DNA from: Mobula hypostoma
Lineage: Eukaryota
NCBI RefSeq assembly: GCF_963921235.1
Contig: NC_086108.1
Location: 101,620,001-101,684,000, forward strand
Reading direction: 5' to 3'
DNA: 64,000 nt
In this document: positions 13,051 through 26,140 of the stretch, one piece after another
Numbering within the stretch: the stretch's first letter is position 1
How the letters are laid out: the number at the start of each line of letters is the position of its first letter
Translations under genes and position numbers: made by a program
Notes under the pieces: model-generated
What the model saw: only the letters and a program-made list of their open reading frames with translations
Database searches by the model: none
What the model was told of the DNA's origin: nothing

Positions 13051-14391
13051 TTCATCAAGTCATAGGAAAATACAGCACAGAAGCAAGTCATCCGGCTCAT
13101 CTAGTTCGTACCAAAACTATTTAAACTTCCTGGTCCCATTGACCTGCAGTAGAACATAGCCCTCCTATCCAGGTACCTATCTGAACTTCTCATAAACATT
13201 GAAATCGAGCTAGCATATACCACGTGTGCTGGCAGCTCATTCCACACTCTCACGACCCTCTGAGTGAAGAAGTTTCCCCTCAAGTTCTCCCTAAACTGCT
13301 CAGCTTTCACCCTTAACCCATGATATCTGGTTGTCGTCCCACTCAACCTCAGTGGAAAAAATCTGTCTGCATTTACTCTATCTACACCCCTCATAATCTT
13401 GTACAGCTCTATCAAATCTCCTCTCAATCTCCTATATTCTAAAGAATAAAGTCCTAACCTACTCAATCATTCCTTATAACTCAGGTGCTCCAGACCAGGC
13501 AACATCCTTGTAAATTTTCTTTGTTCTCTTTCAATCTTGTTTACGTCTTTCCTACAGGCAGGTGACCAAAACTGCACATACTACTCCAAATTAGGCATCA
13601 CCAACATCTTACACAATTCATCATAATATCCCATGTCCTGCACCCAATACACTGAATTATGAAGGCCAATAGCTTTCTTTACAACCCTATCTACCTCTGA
13701 CACGACTTTAAATGAATTATGGACCTGTATTCCCACATTACTTTGTTCTACCACACTCCACAGTGCCCTACCGTACACCATGTTAGACCTACCCTGGTTG
13801 GTCCTATCGAAGTGCAAAACCTCGCACTTGTCTGCATTAAATTCCATCTGCCATTTTTCAGCCCATTTTTCCAGCTGATGCAGATCCCTCTCAAGCCATG
13901 ATAACCTTCTTCACTGTTCACTACACCCCCAGTCTTGGTGTCATCCGCAAATTTGCTGATCCAGTTAACTACATTATCATCCAGATCATTGATATCGATA
14001 ACAGCAACAAAGGACCCAGCACCGATCCCTGCGGCAAATCACTATACACAGACCTCCAGTCAGAAAGGCAACCCTCTTCTCCCATAGGGTCTGATTTGCA
14101 AACAGCTCTGCATCTGTAATCTGTGCAAGGTCCATGAAGTTGATGTCACTTTGCCTCATTTCTGTAGACTCTGTGTCCATCTCCTGAGTAAATACAGATG
14201 CAAAGAATCCACTTAAGATCACCCTCATGTGTTGTAGCTCCATGCATGGATAACCATTCTGGTCTTCCAGAGAACCAATTTTGTCCCTTGCAATCCTTTT
14301 GTTCTTAACATATCTGGAGAACCCCTGAGGATTCTCCTTCACCTTGTCTGCTCGAGCAAATGCATGCCTTCTTTCAGCCTTGATTTCTTTC

Positions 14392-15917
14392 CAGTCATCC
14401 CACCCTGCAAAAAACTCATTTCAAGGAGGTAGCACCACCATTTCAGGGAGATAGCACCCCCGCCCCCGCAACCCCATAATCCCCCCCCCTCCGTTGACCT
14501 CCAAGGGTGTATGTAATACTTTGTTTAGTGATTTTGTCTAATCTGTAAACCAAGTTGAGTATATACAGCAAATGTGACATTAAAGTATGTACATTACAAC
14601 TTTAAACAAGCCTACAGGAAGTTTGGCCTCATCACATAGGGCATCAATAGCGTAGCTCCTTGGCAGCTAGCCAGCTAGTTTAAATTGGGGGTCCCCAACC
14701 TGTTTTGCACCGCAGACCGGTTTAATATTGACAATATTCTTGCAGACTGGCTGACCGGGGGGTGGGGGGGTGGGGTGTGTTGGGTGTTAAACGCGACCGG
14801 AATATAGGTGATAAGTCCACTATAAGTCACTTGTAAGTGGCTAACACACTGGATTTCGTTTCTAAAGGGGTTTATCTAACAAATTTAATATTAAACACCC
14901 AGAACATATTTTCCTCACATGAATGCAGTGCTAAGTCAATTATAACAGTGGTCCCAAACCTCCGGGCCACAAAGAATGCAGGGGTACAGCGGTGGCTGGA
15001 ACACACCCAGCACATCTTTAAGAAAAAAGCCGAAATAAACAAGCTAATTGATTAGGTGCTGCCCGGCAGGTAAATGTCGGCCCAGATCAGAGACGACGCC
15101 ATCGGCAATCGCCTCTGAGGCTGGGGACCACTGAATTATAAGTCAATAGCATCATAACATTTTAAATAACGTTTGGATATTAAACACATAGCGCATATTT
15201 TCCTCGTATGAACACATAAAATCATTGCAACACACCAATATCGCTGAATCAGTGGGAGCCCTGGGCTTGTTTTCCTGCAACAACACGGTCCTATCGAGGG
15301 GTGATGGGAGACAGCGATACTCGAAGGGGGTTCCTTATGTCCAGTCTATTCCGCGATTTAGTTTTCGTTGCATTCATTGCAGAAAACTCCGCTTCGCAGA
15401 AATATGTTGGAAATGAAAGCAAAGTTTTCAGTGCTTTCATGGCTATCTCAGGATATTCAGCCTTAACTTTGATCCAGAATGCCGGTAGAGACGTTATGTC
15501 AAACGTATTTTTCAGCCCTCCGTCATTTGCAACCTCGAGGAGTTGATCTTCTTCCCGCACTGACATGGATGATTACCGGGGACATTCACAAATGGGTCAC
15601 GGACCCATTCCTTTGCACGTCTTGGGTCACTGATGACCTTGCATGTGTTAAAATTCAACAGTGCGTGACAGGGAATGAGGAAAGGTGCAGCTGACTCATA
15701 TTATCTCATACCACCAAATCATACTGTTTCCTCACGGCCCGGTGGTTGGGAACCACTCTTAGCATGAAGAGAGACCAATCAGGATGCTCGCTCTCCCTCT
15801 CCCTCTCCCGCTCAAAAAAATCGATTTCCGGGATATTGTATATAATTTCCGGGCATCAGGGAGCCACTATCGATATGCGGGAGAATCCCAGAACTTCCGG
15901 GAGAGGTGAGATGTCTG
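14392..15917. mobile_element. Non-autonomous DNA transposon with 6-bp TSD, carrying a Charlie/Buster-type hAT remnant
   Basis: TIR CAGTCATCCCACC...GGTGAGATGTCTG; TSD TCTTTC (14386-14391 / 15918-15923); inner hAT at about 14686-15758 with transposase C-terminus FWIKVKAEYPEIA...CEAEFSAM..TKTKSRNRLD on the - strand. Confidence 0.85.
14946..15133. mobile_element. hAT-type MITE nested in the Charlie remnant
   Basis: TIR CAGTGGTCCC...GGGACCACTG; 8-bp TSD AATTATAA (14938-14945 / 15134-15141). Confidence 0.85.
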
Positions 15918-16136
15918 TCTTTCTTAAGTGTTCACCACCATTTCTTATATTCTATAAGCGTCTCATTTGTTCCTGCCTGCCTATACCTCCCTTTGTCTTC
16001 ACCAGGGCCTCAATACCTACTGAAAACTAAAGTGCCCAACACTTGTTATCTTTACCTTTTATTCGGACAGGTACATTGTGCACAGTGTAATTACTACAAT
16101 GATTTTCACATGTAAATGGGCAATTATATTTCACAG

Positions 16137-16287
16137 GCAAACGTGATCATTGCTGAACCCAATCCTCTGCATGGAGACACCCCATACACCCTGCAGTATG
16201 GAGGATGTGGGGAGAAGGGCCTCCACATTCACCTTACACCGAACTTCCTACTGAATGACAGTCTGGTTCAAGTTTATGGCAAAAAAG
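16137..16287 (+). CDS. CLCA: CLCA exon 3
   Basis: tcacag|ANVIIAEPNPLHGDTPYTLQYGGCGEKGLHIHLTPNFLLNDSLVQVYGKK-G(nt)|gtaaat; 151 nt, phase 0-1. Confidence 0.93.
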
Positions 16288-17488
16288 GTAAATTAACATC
16301 TTTACAGCATCTGCTTTGAATCTGATGAAACTGTGTCTTGTGGTTTCCAGTGAGAACACCCTGGGGAAACAATATAGGAAGTTAGCGGTTAGGGTGAAAG
16401 GCTTGTGCTGGTTGGTACGTTAAGTGACTACATATAAACCACCCTTTATTGAAGTGGGTGACAGGAGAATAAGGATGGAGTTGAGGGGGGCTTGACTAGG
16501 ACAGGGAAAAGTGGATCAGGGATGTGGAAATACTGATGGTACTAATCTGAGAGCCAGCATGTCTCACTGGGCCAAATCTCCTCTTAAGAGAAATGAGACA
16601 TATCACTGCAGTATTTAAACATTCAGAAATGTGATTTTTAATAGCAGTGAATTAAAGTATTACACTGGAAAATGCATTTTTTTGGTGGGTGTCAGGAGGA
16701 TGATGCTGGAGTTGCTGGGTGTGAATAAAGTACAAGATAGATGAGTGGGCAATGGGACCAATGTTGGTAATCTAGGTAGGTGATGGGACTTAGATTTAGA
16801 TTTCTTTATTACTAACCACATGTACATCGAAACATAGAGTGAAATGTGTCTTTAGCATGAACAAATAACACAATCTGAAGATGTGCGGAAGCAGCCTGTA
16901 GGTGTCACCACACATTCTGAAGCCAACATAGCAAGCTCACCCACCGTGTTCAGCAGTACAACACGGAGACAACATACACCAGGCATCAACAATGAAACAA
17001 ACTCCCTTCCCACCCCACTCACTACACACACACACACACACACACACGCCTCCAACCGCAGAGAATAAGGTTGGAGTTGATCGGTATGACTGGGGCATGT
17101 GAGAAGTGGGTTGGGAATGGGGAAATACTGACCGTGTTCATCTGAGACCTGGCATAGACACAAAGGGTAAAATGTCCTTTTTCTATGTTATAGAAATAAG
17201 AGATATGAGAAATATCGTACCAATAGCTAAACATTGTGAGAAGTGTTGTTAACAATCTGCATGTCACTCTATTGTAATGCCAGTGAACCGGGTTCAATTT
17301 TTCTGCTGTCTGTGGGGAGTTTGTACATTCTCCCCAAGACTGCCTGGGTTTCCTCTGCTTCTCCAATTTCCTTCCTCATTCCAAAGAAGTACAGTCGGGG
17401 TTAGTGAGTTGTAGCCATGCCATATTGGTGCTGGAAGCACAGTGAGACATGTGAGCTGCCCCAGCACATCTTCAGATGAAGCAAAATG

Positions 17489-18828
17489 CAGACATCCCAC
17501 CTCTCCCGGAAGTTCCAGGAGTCTCCCACATATTGATAGTGGCTCCCTGATGTCCAGAAATTATATACAATATCCCGGAAATCGATTCTTTTGAGAAGGA
17601 GAGTGAGAATCTCTCTTCGTGCCAAGAGTGGTCCCCAAACACTGGGCCGCGAGGAAATGATATGATTTGGCGATATGAAACGATATGAGTCAGTTACACC
17701 TTTCCTCATTCCCTGTCATGCACTGTTGAACTTGAACGCACGCAAGGTCATTACGCACATGTCATCCATGTCAGCGCGGGAAGATCAACTCCTCAAGCTT
17801 GCAAATGATGGTGGGCTGAGAAGAATGTTTTACATAACATCTCTGCTGGCATTCTGGATCAAAGTCAAGGCTGAATATCCTGAGATAGCCATGAAAGCAT
17901 TGAAAACGTTGCTTCCATTTCCAACATCATATCGCTGCGAAGCAGAGTTTTCTGCAATGAATGCAACGAAAACTAAATCGCGGAATAGACTGGACATAAG
18001 GAACCCCCTTCGAGTATCGCTGTCTCCCATCACCCCTCAATGGCACCGTCTTGTTGCAGGAAAACAAGCCCAGGGCTCCCACTGATTCAGCGATATTGGT
18101 GTGTTGCAATGATTTTATGTGTTCATACGAGGAAAATATGCGCTGTGTGTTTAATATCTAAACATTTCTTAAAATGTTATGATGCTATGGACTTATAGTT
18201 GACTTATCACCTGTTTTCCGATCATGATTAACAACCCCTGCCCCCCCCGCCCCCGGGTTGGCCGGTCCACAAGAATATTGTCAATATTAAATCGGTCCAT
18301 GATGCAAAAAAGGTTGGGGACCCCTGCTAAGTAGACATATCGGTTTTCTCTGTGGGTGGGCTTTATAGTCAACCTCAAAAATAATGACAGTGTTGCTCGC
18401 TGCACTGTTTGCAACAGTGACTTTTTTATTGCCCATGACGGGTTAAAGTGTAAAAGACATGTTGAGGTGAGTTTAATAGGTGTCATTCATTCATTAGCAT
18501 AGCTAACGTTATTGAAACTAGCTGGCTAGCTGCTAAGAAGCTACGCTATTGATGTCCTATATGATGAGGCCAAAGTCCCTGTAGACTTGTTTAAAGTTGT
18601 AATAGAATAAACATGATGATATAATATAATACAAGTACATATTTTAATGCCACATTTTCTGCATATACCCAGCTTGGTTTACAGATTAGACAAAATCACT
18701 AAACAAAGTATTACATACACCCTTGGAGGTCGATCGTGGGATATGGGGTTGCAGGGGGCGGGGGTGCTACCTCCCTGAAATGGTGGTGCTACCTCCCTGA
18801 AATGAGTTTTTGCAGTTTGGGTTTTCTG
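17489..18828. mobile_element. Second, inverted copy of the 6-bp-TSD composite transposon
   Basis: Starts CAGACATCCCACC; TSD AAAATG (17483-17488 / 18829-18834); inner hAT at 17626-18326 with ORF 17675-18085 (+); splits a SINE. Confidence 0.85.
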
Positions 18829-19868
18829 AAAATGACACATTTCACTGTAAGTTTCAAAGTACAGGCGATAAATGAAGCTGATCTTTATCCTTATTGTCAG
18901 AGAATGGATGAGACTGATAGTGAGTGGAAATATTTTTCAGTTTTTACACAACTATTTGTGATCCTTTTCCAGCAGATTAGTATCCTGGTGTCAGCTTGCT
19001 TTAGGATAGAGTAACCTAGGGTAAGCTATTTTTAAACCATAAGACCGTAAGGCATAGGAGCAGAATTAGGCCATTCAGCTCTTCAAGTCTGTTCCACGAT
19101 TCCACCATAGCTGATAATGAACCCGGATCCCGTTCAACCCCATGCACCTGTCTTCTCACCATATCCTTTGATGCCCTGACCAATCAGGAAAATAAAAACT
19201 TCCACCTTAAATATATCCACATACTTGGCCTCCAACGCAGTCTGTAGCAGAGCATTCCACAGATTAACTACTCTCTGGCTGAAATATTTCATACTAGGTC
19301 ACCCCTTAATTTTTAAGCTGTGCCCTCTAGTTCTGGATACCCCCACCAGAGGAAACATCCTTTCCACATCCACCCCATCTAGTCCTTTCAACAGTCGGTA
19401 GGCTTCAATGAGATCCCCCACATTCTTCTAAATTCCAACGAGCGCAGCCCCAAGGCTGCCAAGCGTTCCTCATATGTCAACCCCTCCATTCCTCGGAATC
19501 ATCCTTGTGAACTCTCTCCAATGACAACACATCCTTTCTGAGATAAGGGGCCCAAAACTGTTGGACAATTTTCCAAGCATGGCCTGACTAGTGTTTGAAA
19601 AACCTCTGTATTATCTCCTTACGAAATCCTGCTGCTGTCTGCAAAGAGTTTGTAAACTTTTTCCATAACTTATTGGGTTTCCTGCAAGCACTGTGGTTTC
19701 CTCCCACATTCCAAAGGTGTATATATTCAAGGGTTAATTGGTTGCATGGGTTTGATTGGGCAGTTCAGGTTTGTTGGGCCAGAAGATGACGTTATTGTGC
19801 TGTATCTCAAAATGAAATTTTTAAAAATTAATGCATTATATTGAACAAATACACTTCTTTTCCTACAG

Positions 19869-19977
19869 AACGAACATTTGTTCATGAATGGGCCCATCTC
19901 CAGTGGGATGTATTTGATGAATATGATGGTAAGATGCCCTTTTACAGATCTAGTGATGGAAACCTTGAGGCAACAAG
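19869..19977 (+). CDS. CLCA: CLCA exon 4 (HExxH zinc-binding motif)
   Basis: ctacag|(E)RTFVHEWAHLQWDVFDEYDGKMPFYRSSDGNLEAT(R)|gtgagg; 109 nt, phase 1-2. Confidence 0.93.
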
Positions 19978-20433
19978 GTGAGGCACTTCAAATTATTTTT
20001 TTGCATACCATATTTAATTTCCGTCCATCCTTCCCCAACCAAGCTAATTTTGCACCATAAAATTTAGAGTCATAGAATCATAGAAAGGTACAACAAAAAA
20101 AAGGGCCTTTGGCCCATGTAGTCCATGCTGAACCATTGAAACTGCCATTTCCCATCGGTCTGCTCTAGTTTTGACCTTTCACTCTCCACTCATGATCTCT
20201 GATTGTAATCCCACATAACCTCAGTGGAAAAAGCATGCTTGTATTTACCCTGTCTCTATATCTCATAATTTTGTATACCTCTATCAAACCTCTCTCAATA
20301 TTCTACATTACAAGGAATAAATCAAATCAAATTAAGTTTCATTGTCATTCAAACCTTACTCGGATAAAGTCAAACGAGACAGCATTCGTCTGGGCCAAGT
20401 CCATTCAAACTAGTGAGAGAGGGTGGTGGGGGG

Positions 20434-20464
<31 letters not shown>

Positions 20465-22149
20465 AAACACACACAAACACAGCGTTATGCAAGAAAAATA
20501 CACGTATAGTCCAAGTCCTCTAGCGACATGTGCAAATTGATGATACAGCTCCTGACAATCCAGCCTGTCATTCCATTGGTCAGACACTGGAGGGCAGCAC
20601 TGACAGGAGCATCAATGGTTCACCATGGACTAAAGGGGCCAAATAGCCCTTTTCTGTGCTGTACCGTCTATGATTCTATGACTCTAAATTTTATGATCTA
20701 GCACAGACAACAGGCTACACAGCCTCCAGCATTGTCTCACCTGGACTGTAGAAGCAAGCAAACCTGTTTGAAGATCTAGTCCTCATTACAACTGAGGCCA
20801 CACTGCTGCCTCATTACCGGTCTCACCACCAAAACAAGTGAAACAGGGATGTGGCATCTCACATTAACAATATCCAACTGGTCTTTCGATTGCTTGGTCC
20901 AAGACAGTCACTCACAGTTACACTGCACGCTGCTTTTGTACACCAACTCCGATGTCTTCGAGTAGCAGCAGCATTACTGTCTGCACCCAGGTTAGCTGCT
21001 CTGAACCTTCTCCAGCCCATCCACTAACTACTCCTTCTTCCGGCCGGCTGCTGGCTTCTCCTTCTCCCAGCCATTCGCTGACTTGTCTTTCTCCAGCCCA
21101 TTTCTCGGCCTCTTCTTCTCCAAGTCGAGTGGCACCTAATCAATCTTTCCTTGTACTCAGGCCTTTAAATTAAGCCTCACCAATGTCTTATACAACTTCA
21201 ATGTAACATCCTGAATCAAGATTTGTGTTAAAAGCTTTCTTTACAACCCTATCTGTCTGTGCTGCTACTTTTAATGAATTAGGGACCTGTATTCCCAGAA
21301 CCCTTTGTTCTACCTACTTGTTTTTTAGTTATCATTTCCCAGTGCTGATATAAGATCACTCTTAACCAGCTGTCTTTTTCTACAATGCTGACAGACCTTC
21401 TGAGTATTTCTGGTACTGGCTAATTTATTCCAAGTTTAGTCTGTGCTTTTTCTGGTTTATGGACAAGAAACACTTAATTTCTGGAAGTGACTGCCATCCA
21501 AGATGTTGAAATTCTTCACAATCCATTAATATTCCCAGATTATTAATTGATGTTATTCCAGACAAAATATGGGATGAACTCAGTAGGTCAGGCAACATCT
21601 TTGCAGAGGAAATAGTCGATGATTCTGGCTGAAATCCTTCATCAGTCCAGCATTTTGTGGGTGTAACTTTGGCTTTCCAGCATCAGCTCAATCTCTTGTG
21701 TTTATTCTGTAATTATGACTGTGTTGAGGTATCTAGCTGTGGAGTACAAAATGACCATAACTTTCTATTGGATTGTATATGGACCCACCTTAGTAAGGCT
21801 CTTATTAATGATTGCAGACCAGTTTCCTACAACACACTTAGTGCCCGATGTTACAAAAAATGGACAATAGTCTTTGTTGTTCCTTTGCTTAAGAATAGCA
21901 ATTGGTAATCTGGCAAATTATAGGCAAGTGAGCTGCACATCAATGTCGGGGGAGCTTTGGAGAGGATTCCTAGGTGTAGGATTTATTTGTATTTGGGAAA
22001 ATGGTGATTTATTGAGGTAGTCAGCATGGCTTTGGGTAGAGCAGGTCAGGTCTTATGAACCTTAGAGGAGGTGACAAAGATGATTGATGAGGGGAGGGCA
22101 ATGAATGTTGTCTGCATGGATTTTAGTAAATCAGCAACACACAAACAAA

Positions 22150-22640
22150 ATTGAATTGACTTTATTACTTACATCCTTCATATACATGAGGAGTAAAAAT
22201 ATTTAGGTTATGTCTCCATCTAAATGTACAATGTGCAATTTATAGTAATTTATAATAAATAGTGTGTACAACAATATAACATAGACATACAGTGGTGTCA
22301 GCATGAATTAATCAGTCTGATGGCCTGATGGAAGAAGCTGTCCTGGAGCCTGTTGGTCCTGGCTTTTATGCTGCGGTACCGTTTACCGTATGGTAGCAGC
22401 TGGAACAGTTTGTAGTTGGGATGACTTGGGTCCCTAATGATCTGTGGGCCTTTTCTACACACCTGTCTTTATAAATGTCCTGATTAGTGGGAAGTTCACA
22501 CCTACAGATGCGCTGGGCTGTCCGCACCACTCTCTGCAGAGTCCTGCGACCGAGGGAGGTACAGTTCCCATACCAGGCAGTGATGCAGCCAGTCAGGATG
22601 CTCTCAATTGTGCCCCTGTAGAAATATCTTAGGATTTGCT
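22150..22640 (-). mobile_element. Rex1/Babar-like LINE 3' fragment
   Basis: Reverse strand encodes ESILTGCITAWYGNC...LQRVVRTAQRI...LLPYGKRYRSIKARTNRLQDSFFHQAIRL. Confidence 0.75.
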
Positions 22641-24652
22641 GACTGTGGTAGAGACTAGTTCCCAGGAAAGATCTGCATTTTGTGTGTGTTGCTCTGGAGT
22701 TTAGGAAAGCTTATGACAAAAGTCTTTCATGGTAGGCTGATCCAGAAGATTAATACATATGGGATTCATGGATTCAAAATTGGTTTGGCCAAAAAGATGG
22801 CGATGTAGGAGTTTTTTAAGGAGGTGACAAGGATGATTGATGATGGTAGGACAATAAATTCTATCTACATGGACTAGAAATTTCAATCATTGGAAGTCTG
22901 TGGGCTCAGTGCTGGATCCTTTGTCATTTATGATCTAAATAAATGATTTGGATCTCCACTAATGAATGATCTCTGTTAAAGGCTCCAGCAATCGCTTTTC
23001 TTTCCTCTGCCAATAATCTAGTATAGATTTCATACCTGGGGATTTACCCACATTAATGTTCTTTAAGAGACCTAACACCACGTGCTTCTTGATATGAACC
23101 TGCTCTGGAATATAATCATCCCCTGCACTGATCTCACTGTCTTCCATGTCCTTCTCCTTTCTGGATACCATCAAAGTATTCACTTAGTCCCTCACCCACT
23201 TCCTCTGGCTCCCAGCATAATTTTTCTCCTTGAATGTTTCTACCTTCTACCATGTGGGAACTCGTGTTACTGCTGTATAAATGCTTGGAGAAGTCAAATT
23301 GGGAATATTGTGTGCAGCTCTGGTCACCACATTAAAGAAAGGATGCGGAGGCTTTGGAGAGGGTATAGGAGACGTTAAATGGGATGTTGTACCTGAATCA
23401 TCTATAAGTGAAGGTTGGAAAATTTGGATTAGTTTATCTGGAGTTGACCAGATAGAAGTACATAAAACAATGAGATGCACAGATTGGTTGCACAAGAGAT
23501 CCTGCAGATGGTTGATATCTGGACACACACAAAATGCTGGAGGATCTCAGGCAGCATCTATGGAGAAAAATAAACAGTTTGTGTTTCAGGCCTTTGTTGC
23601 CACAGACAACTGCGGAGGCCAAAACACTGGGTGTATTTAAAGTAGAAGTTGATAAGTTCTTGATTCAAAATCGGGCAATTAGAATCACAAAAACGAGAAA
23701 ATCTGAAGATGCTGGAAATCCAAAGCAACACATACAAAATACCTCAGGAACTCTGGCAGCACCTATGGAAAAGAGTAAACAGTTGACGTTTTGGGACCAA
23801 AAGGTTGACTGTTTACACTTTTCCATAAATGCTGCCTGGCCTGCTGAGTTTCTCCAGCATTTGTGTGTGTTGCCATGAAATTAGAATGTCCGTTTAGAAT
23901 AGAGATATATAGGAATCCCTTTAGCCAGAGGGTGGTGAATCTGTGGAATTCATTGCCACAGGCACCTGTGAAGGTAAAGTCATTGGGTATATTTGAGATG
24001 GAGGTTGGTAAGTTCTCAATTAGTCAGAACATCAAAAGTTTTGGGGAGAACGCAGGAGAATGGGTTGAGAAGGATAATAAGTAAGCCAGGATAGAATACT
24101 GGAGCAGGCTTGATGGGCCACATGGCCAAATTCTGCCCCTATGTCTTATGGTCCTATCATCTTATGGGATAGCTTTGTTGAACATGTTGAAGCATTTTGG
24201 CTCAAAACATCTGCTGTTTATATTCCTTTATAGATGCTGCCTGACCTGCTGAGTTCCTGAAACATTTTGTGTGTGTGTTGCAGAGATAAGGTAGATTGTC
24301 AGTCTTTTCCCTGGGTGTTAGAGAGTACAGATTTAAGGTTAGAGTGAGCAAGTTTAAAGGAAATGTGCGATTTAAGATTTTTTACACAGAGAATGTTAAA
24401 TGCCTGGGATACTCTGCTGGGAAACTGGCAGAAGCAGATACAATAGTGATCTTGGAGACGGATTTGGACAGGTGGGCATCAGAGGGGGTAGAGATCATGT
24501 GCAGACAGATGGCATTTGTTTAATTTGGCATCATGTTTGGCAGTGACAATGTGGGCTGAAGTGCCTGTTCCTGTGCTGAGCTCTCCTGTGTTCTATGTAT
24601 ACCTCTCACCTGAGGGAAATTCCAATTCTCAGCTTCTGTGTTCTATGTATAA

Positions 24653-25843
24653 TTGGATTTTCAAAAGGCTTTTGACAAGGTCCCACACAGGAGATTAGTG
24701 TGCAAACTTAAAGCACACGGTATTGGGGGTATGGTATTGATGTGGATAGAGAATTGGTTGGCAGACAGGAAGCAAAGAGTGGGAATAAACGGGACCTTTT
24801 CAGAATGGCAGGCAGTGACTAGTGGGGTACCGCAAAGCTCAGTGTTGGGATCCCAGTTGTTTACAATATATATTAATGACTTAGACGAGGGAATTAAATG
24901 CAGCATCTCCAAGTTTGCAGATGAGACGAAGCTGGGTGGCAGTGTTAGCTGTGAGGAGGATGCTAAGAGGATGCAGGGTGACTTGGATAGGTTAGGTGAG
25001 TGGGCAAATTCATGGCAGATGCAATTTAATGTGGATAAATGTGAAGTTATCCACTTTGGTGGCAAAAATAGGAAAACAGATTATTATCTGAATGGTGGCC
25101 GATTAGGAAAAGGGGAGGTGCAACGAGACCTGGGTGTCATTATACACCAGTCATTGAAAGTGGGCATGCAGGTACAGCAGGCGGTGAAAAAGGCGAATGG
25201 TATGCTGGCATTTACAGCGAGAGGATTCGATTACAGGAGCAGGGAGGTACTACTGCAGTTGTACAAGGCCTTGGTGAGACCACACCTGGAGTATTGTGTG
25301 CAGTTTTGGTCCCCTAATCTGAGGAAAGACATCCTTGCCATAGAGGGAGTACAAAGAAGGTTCACCAGATTGATTCCTGAGATGGCAGGACTTTCATATG
25401 ATGAAAGACTGGATCAACTAGGCTTATACTCACTGGAATTCAGAAGATTGAAGGGGATCTTATTGAAACGTATAAAATTCTAAGGGGATTGGACAGGTTA
25501 GATGTAGGAAGATTGTTCCCAATGTTGGGGAAGTCCAGAACGAGGGGTCACAGTTTGAGGATAAAGGGGAAGCCTTTTAGGACCGAGATGAGGAAAAACT
25601 TCTTCACACAGAGAGTAGTGAACCTGTGGAATTCTCTGCCACAGGAAACAGTTGAGGCCAGTTCATTGGCTATATTTAAGAGGGAGTTTGATATGGCCCT
25701 TGTGGCTAAAGGGATCGGGGGTATGGAGGGAAGGCAGGTACAGGGTTCTGAGTTGGATGATCAGCCATGATCATACTGAATGGCAGTGCAGGCTCGAAGG
25801 GCCAAATGGCCTACTCCTGCACCTATTTTCTATGTTTCTATGT
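24653..25843 (+). mobile_element. Young CR1 LINE, 5'-truncated
   Basis: 276-aa ORF DFQKAFDKVPH...SGVPQ.SVLG...KFADETKL...LVRPHLEYCVQFWSP; (TTCTATGT) tail; flanking 37-bp duplication. Confidence 0.92.
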
Positions 25844-25974
25844 ATACCTCTCACCTGAGGGAAATTCCAATTGTCTGCCTTTTCTAATAAAGCTGGCACA
25901 CAATTACTCAATGGTTAATGATAGAAAGGTCACTCAGAAACAAATCTGATTTATTTTTGTCATTGGTCTTTCAG

Positions 25975-26140
25975 GTGTTCAAAGGAAGTAGAAGGACTGG
26001 TTAAAGATTGCAGTGGCGGTGACTGTTTCGACTGCACCATTAATAAAAAGACAGGATTGCCAAATGGATATTGTGCATTTTATCCAGAGAAGAACCAGAA
26101 TGCATCATCTTCAATAATGTATAATCAAGGATTGAAAAAT
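25975..26140 (+). CDS. CLCA: CLCA exon 5 (Cys-rich)
   Basis: tttcag|(R)CSKEVEGLVKDCSGGDCFDCTINKKTGLPNGYCAFYPEKNQNASSSIMYNQGLKN|gtaatt; 166 nt, phase 2-0. Confidence 0.92.

Larger units (their letters stand above)
13050..16075 (-). mobile_element. CR1 LINE interrupted by a DNA transposon at 14392-15917
   Basis: ORFs 13101-13466, 13581-13847 and 13986-14342 (MKENPQGF.RYVK.KR, MEFNADKCEVLHF, LGLYSLE.RRLRGDLIE). Confidence 0.85.

Noticed and set aside
17675..18085. ORF resembling domesticated Buster/SCAND3/ZBED proteins
   Set aside because: Only the transposase C-terminus, inside TIR-bounded repeats present twice in the window; not a host gene
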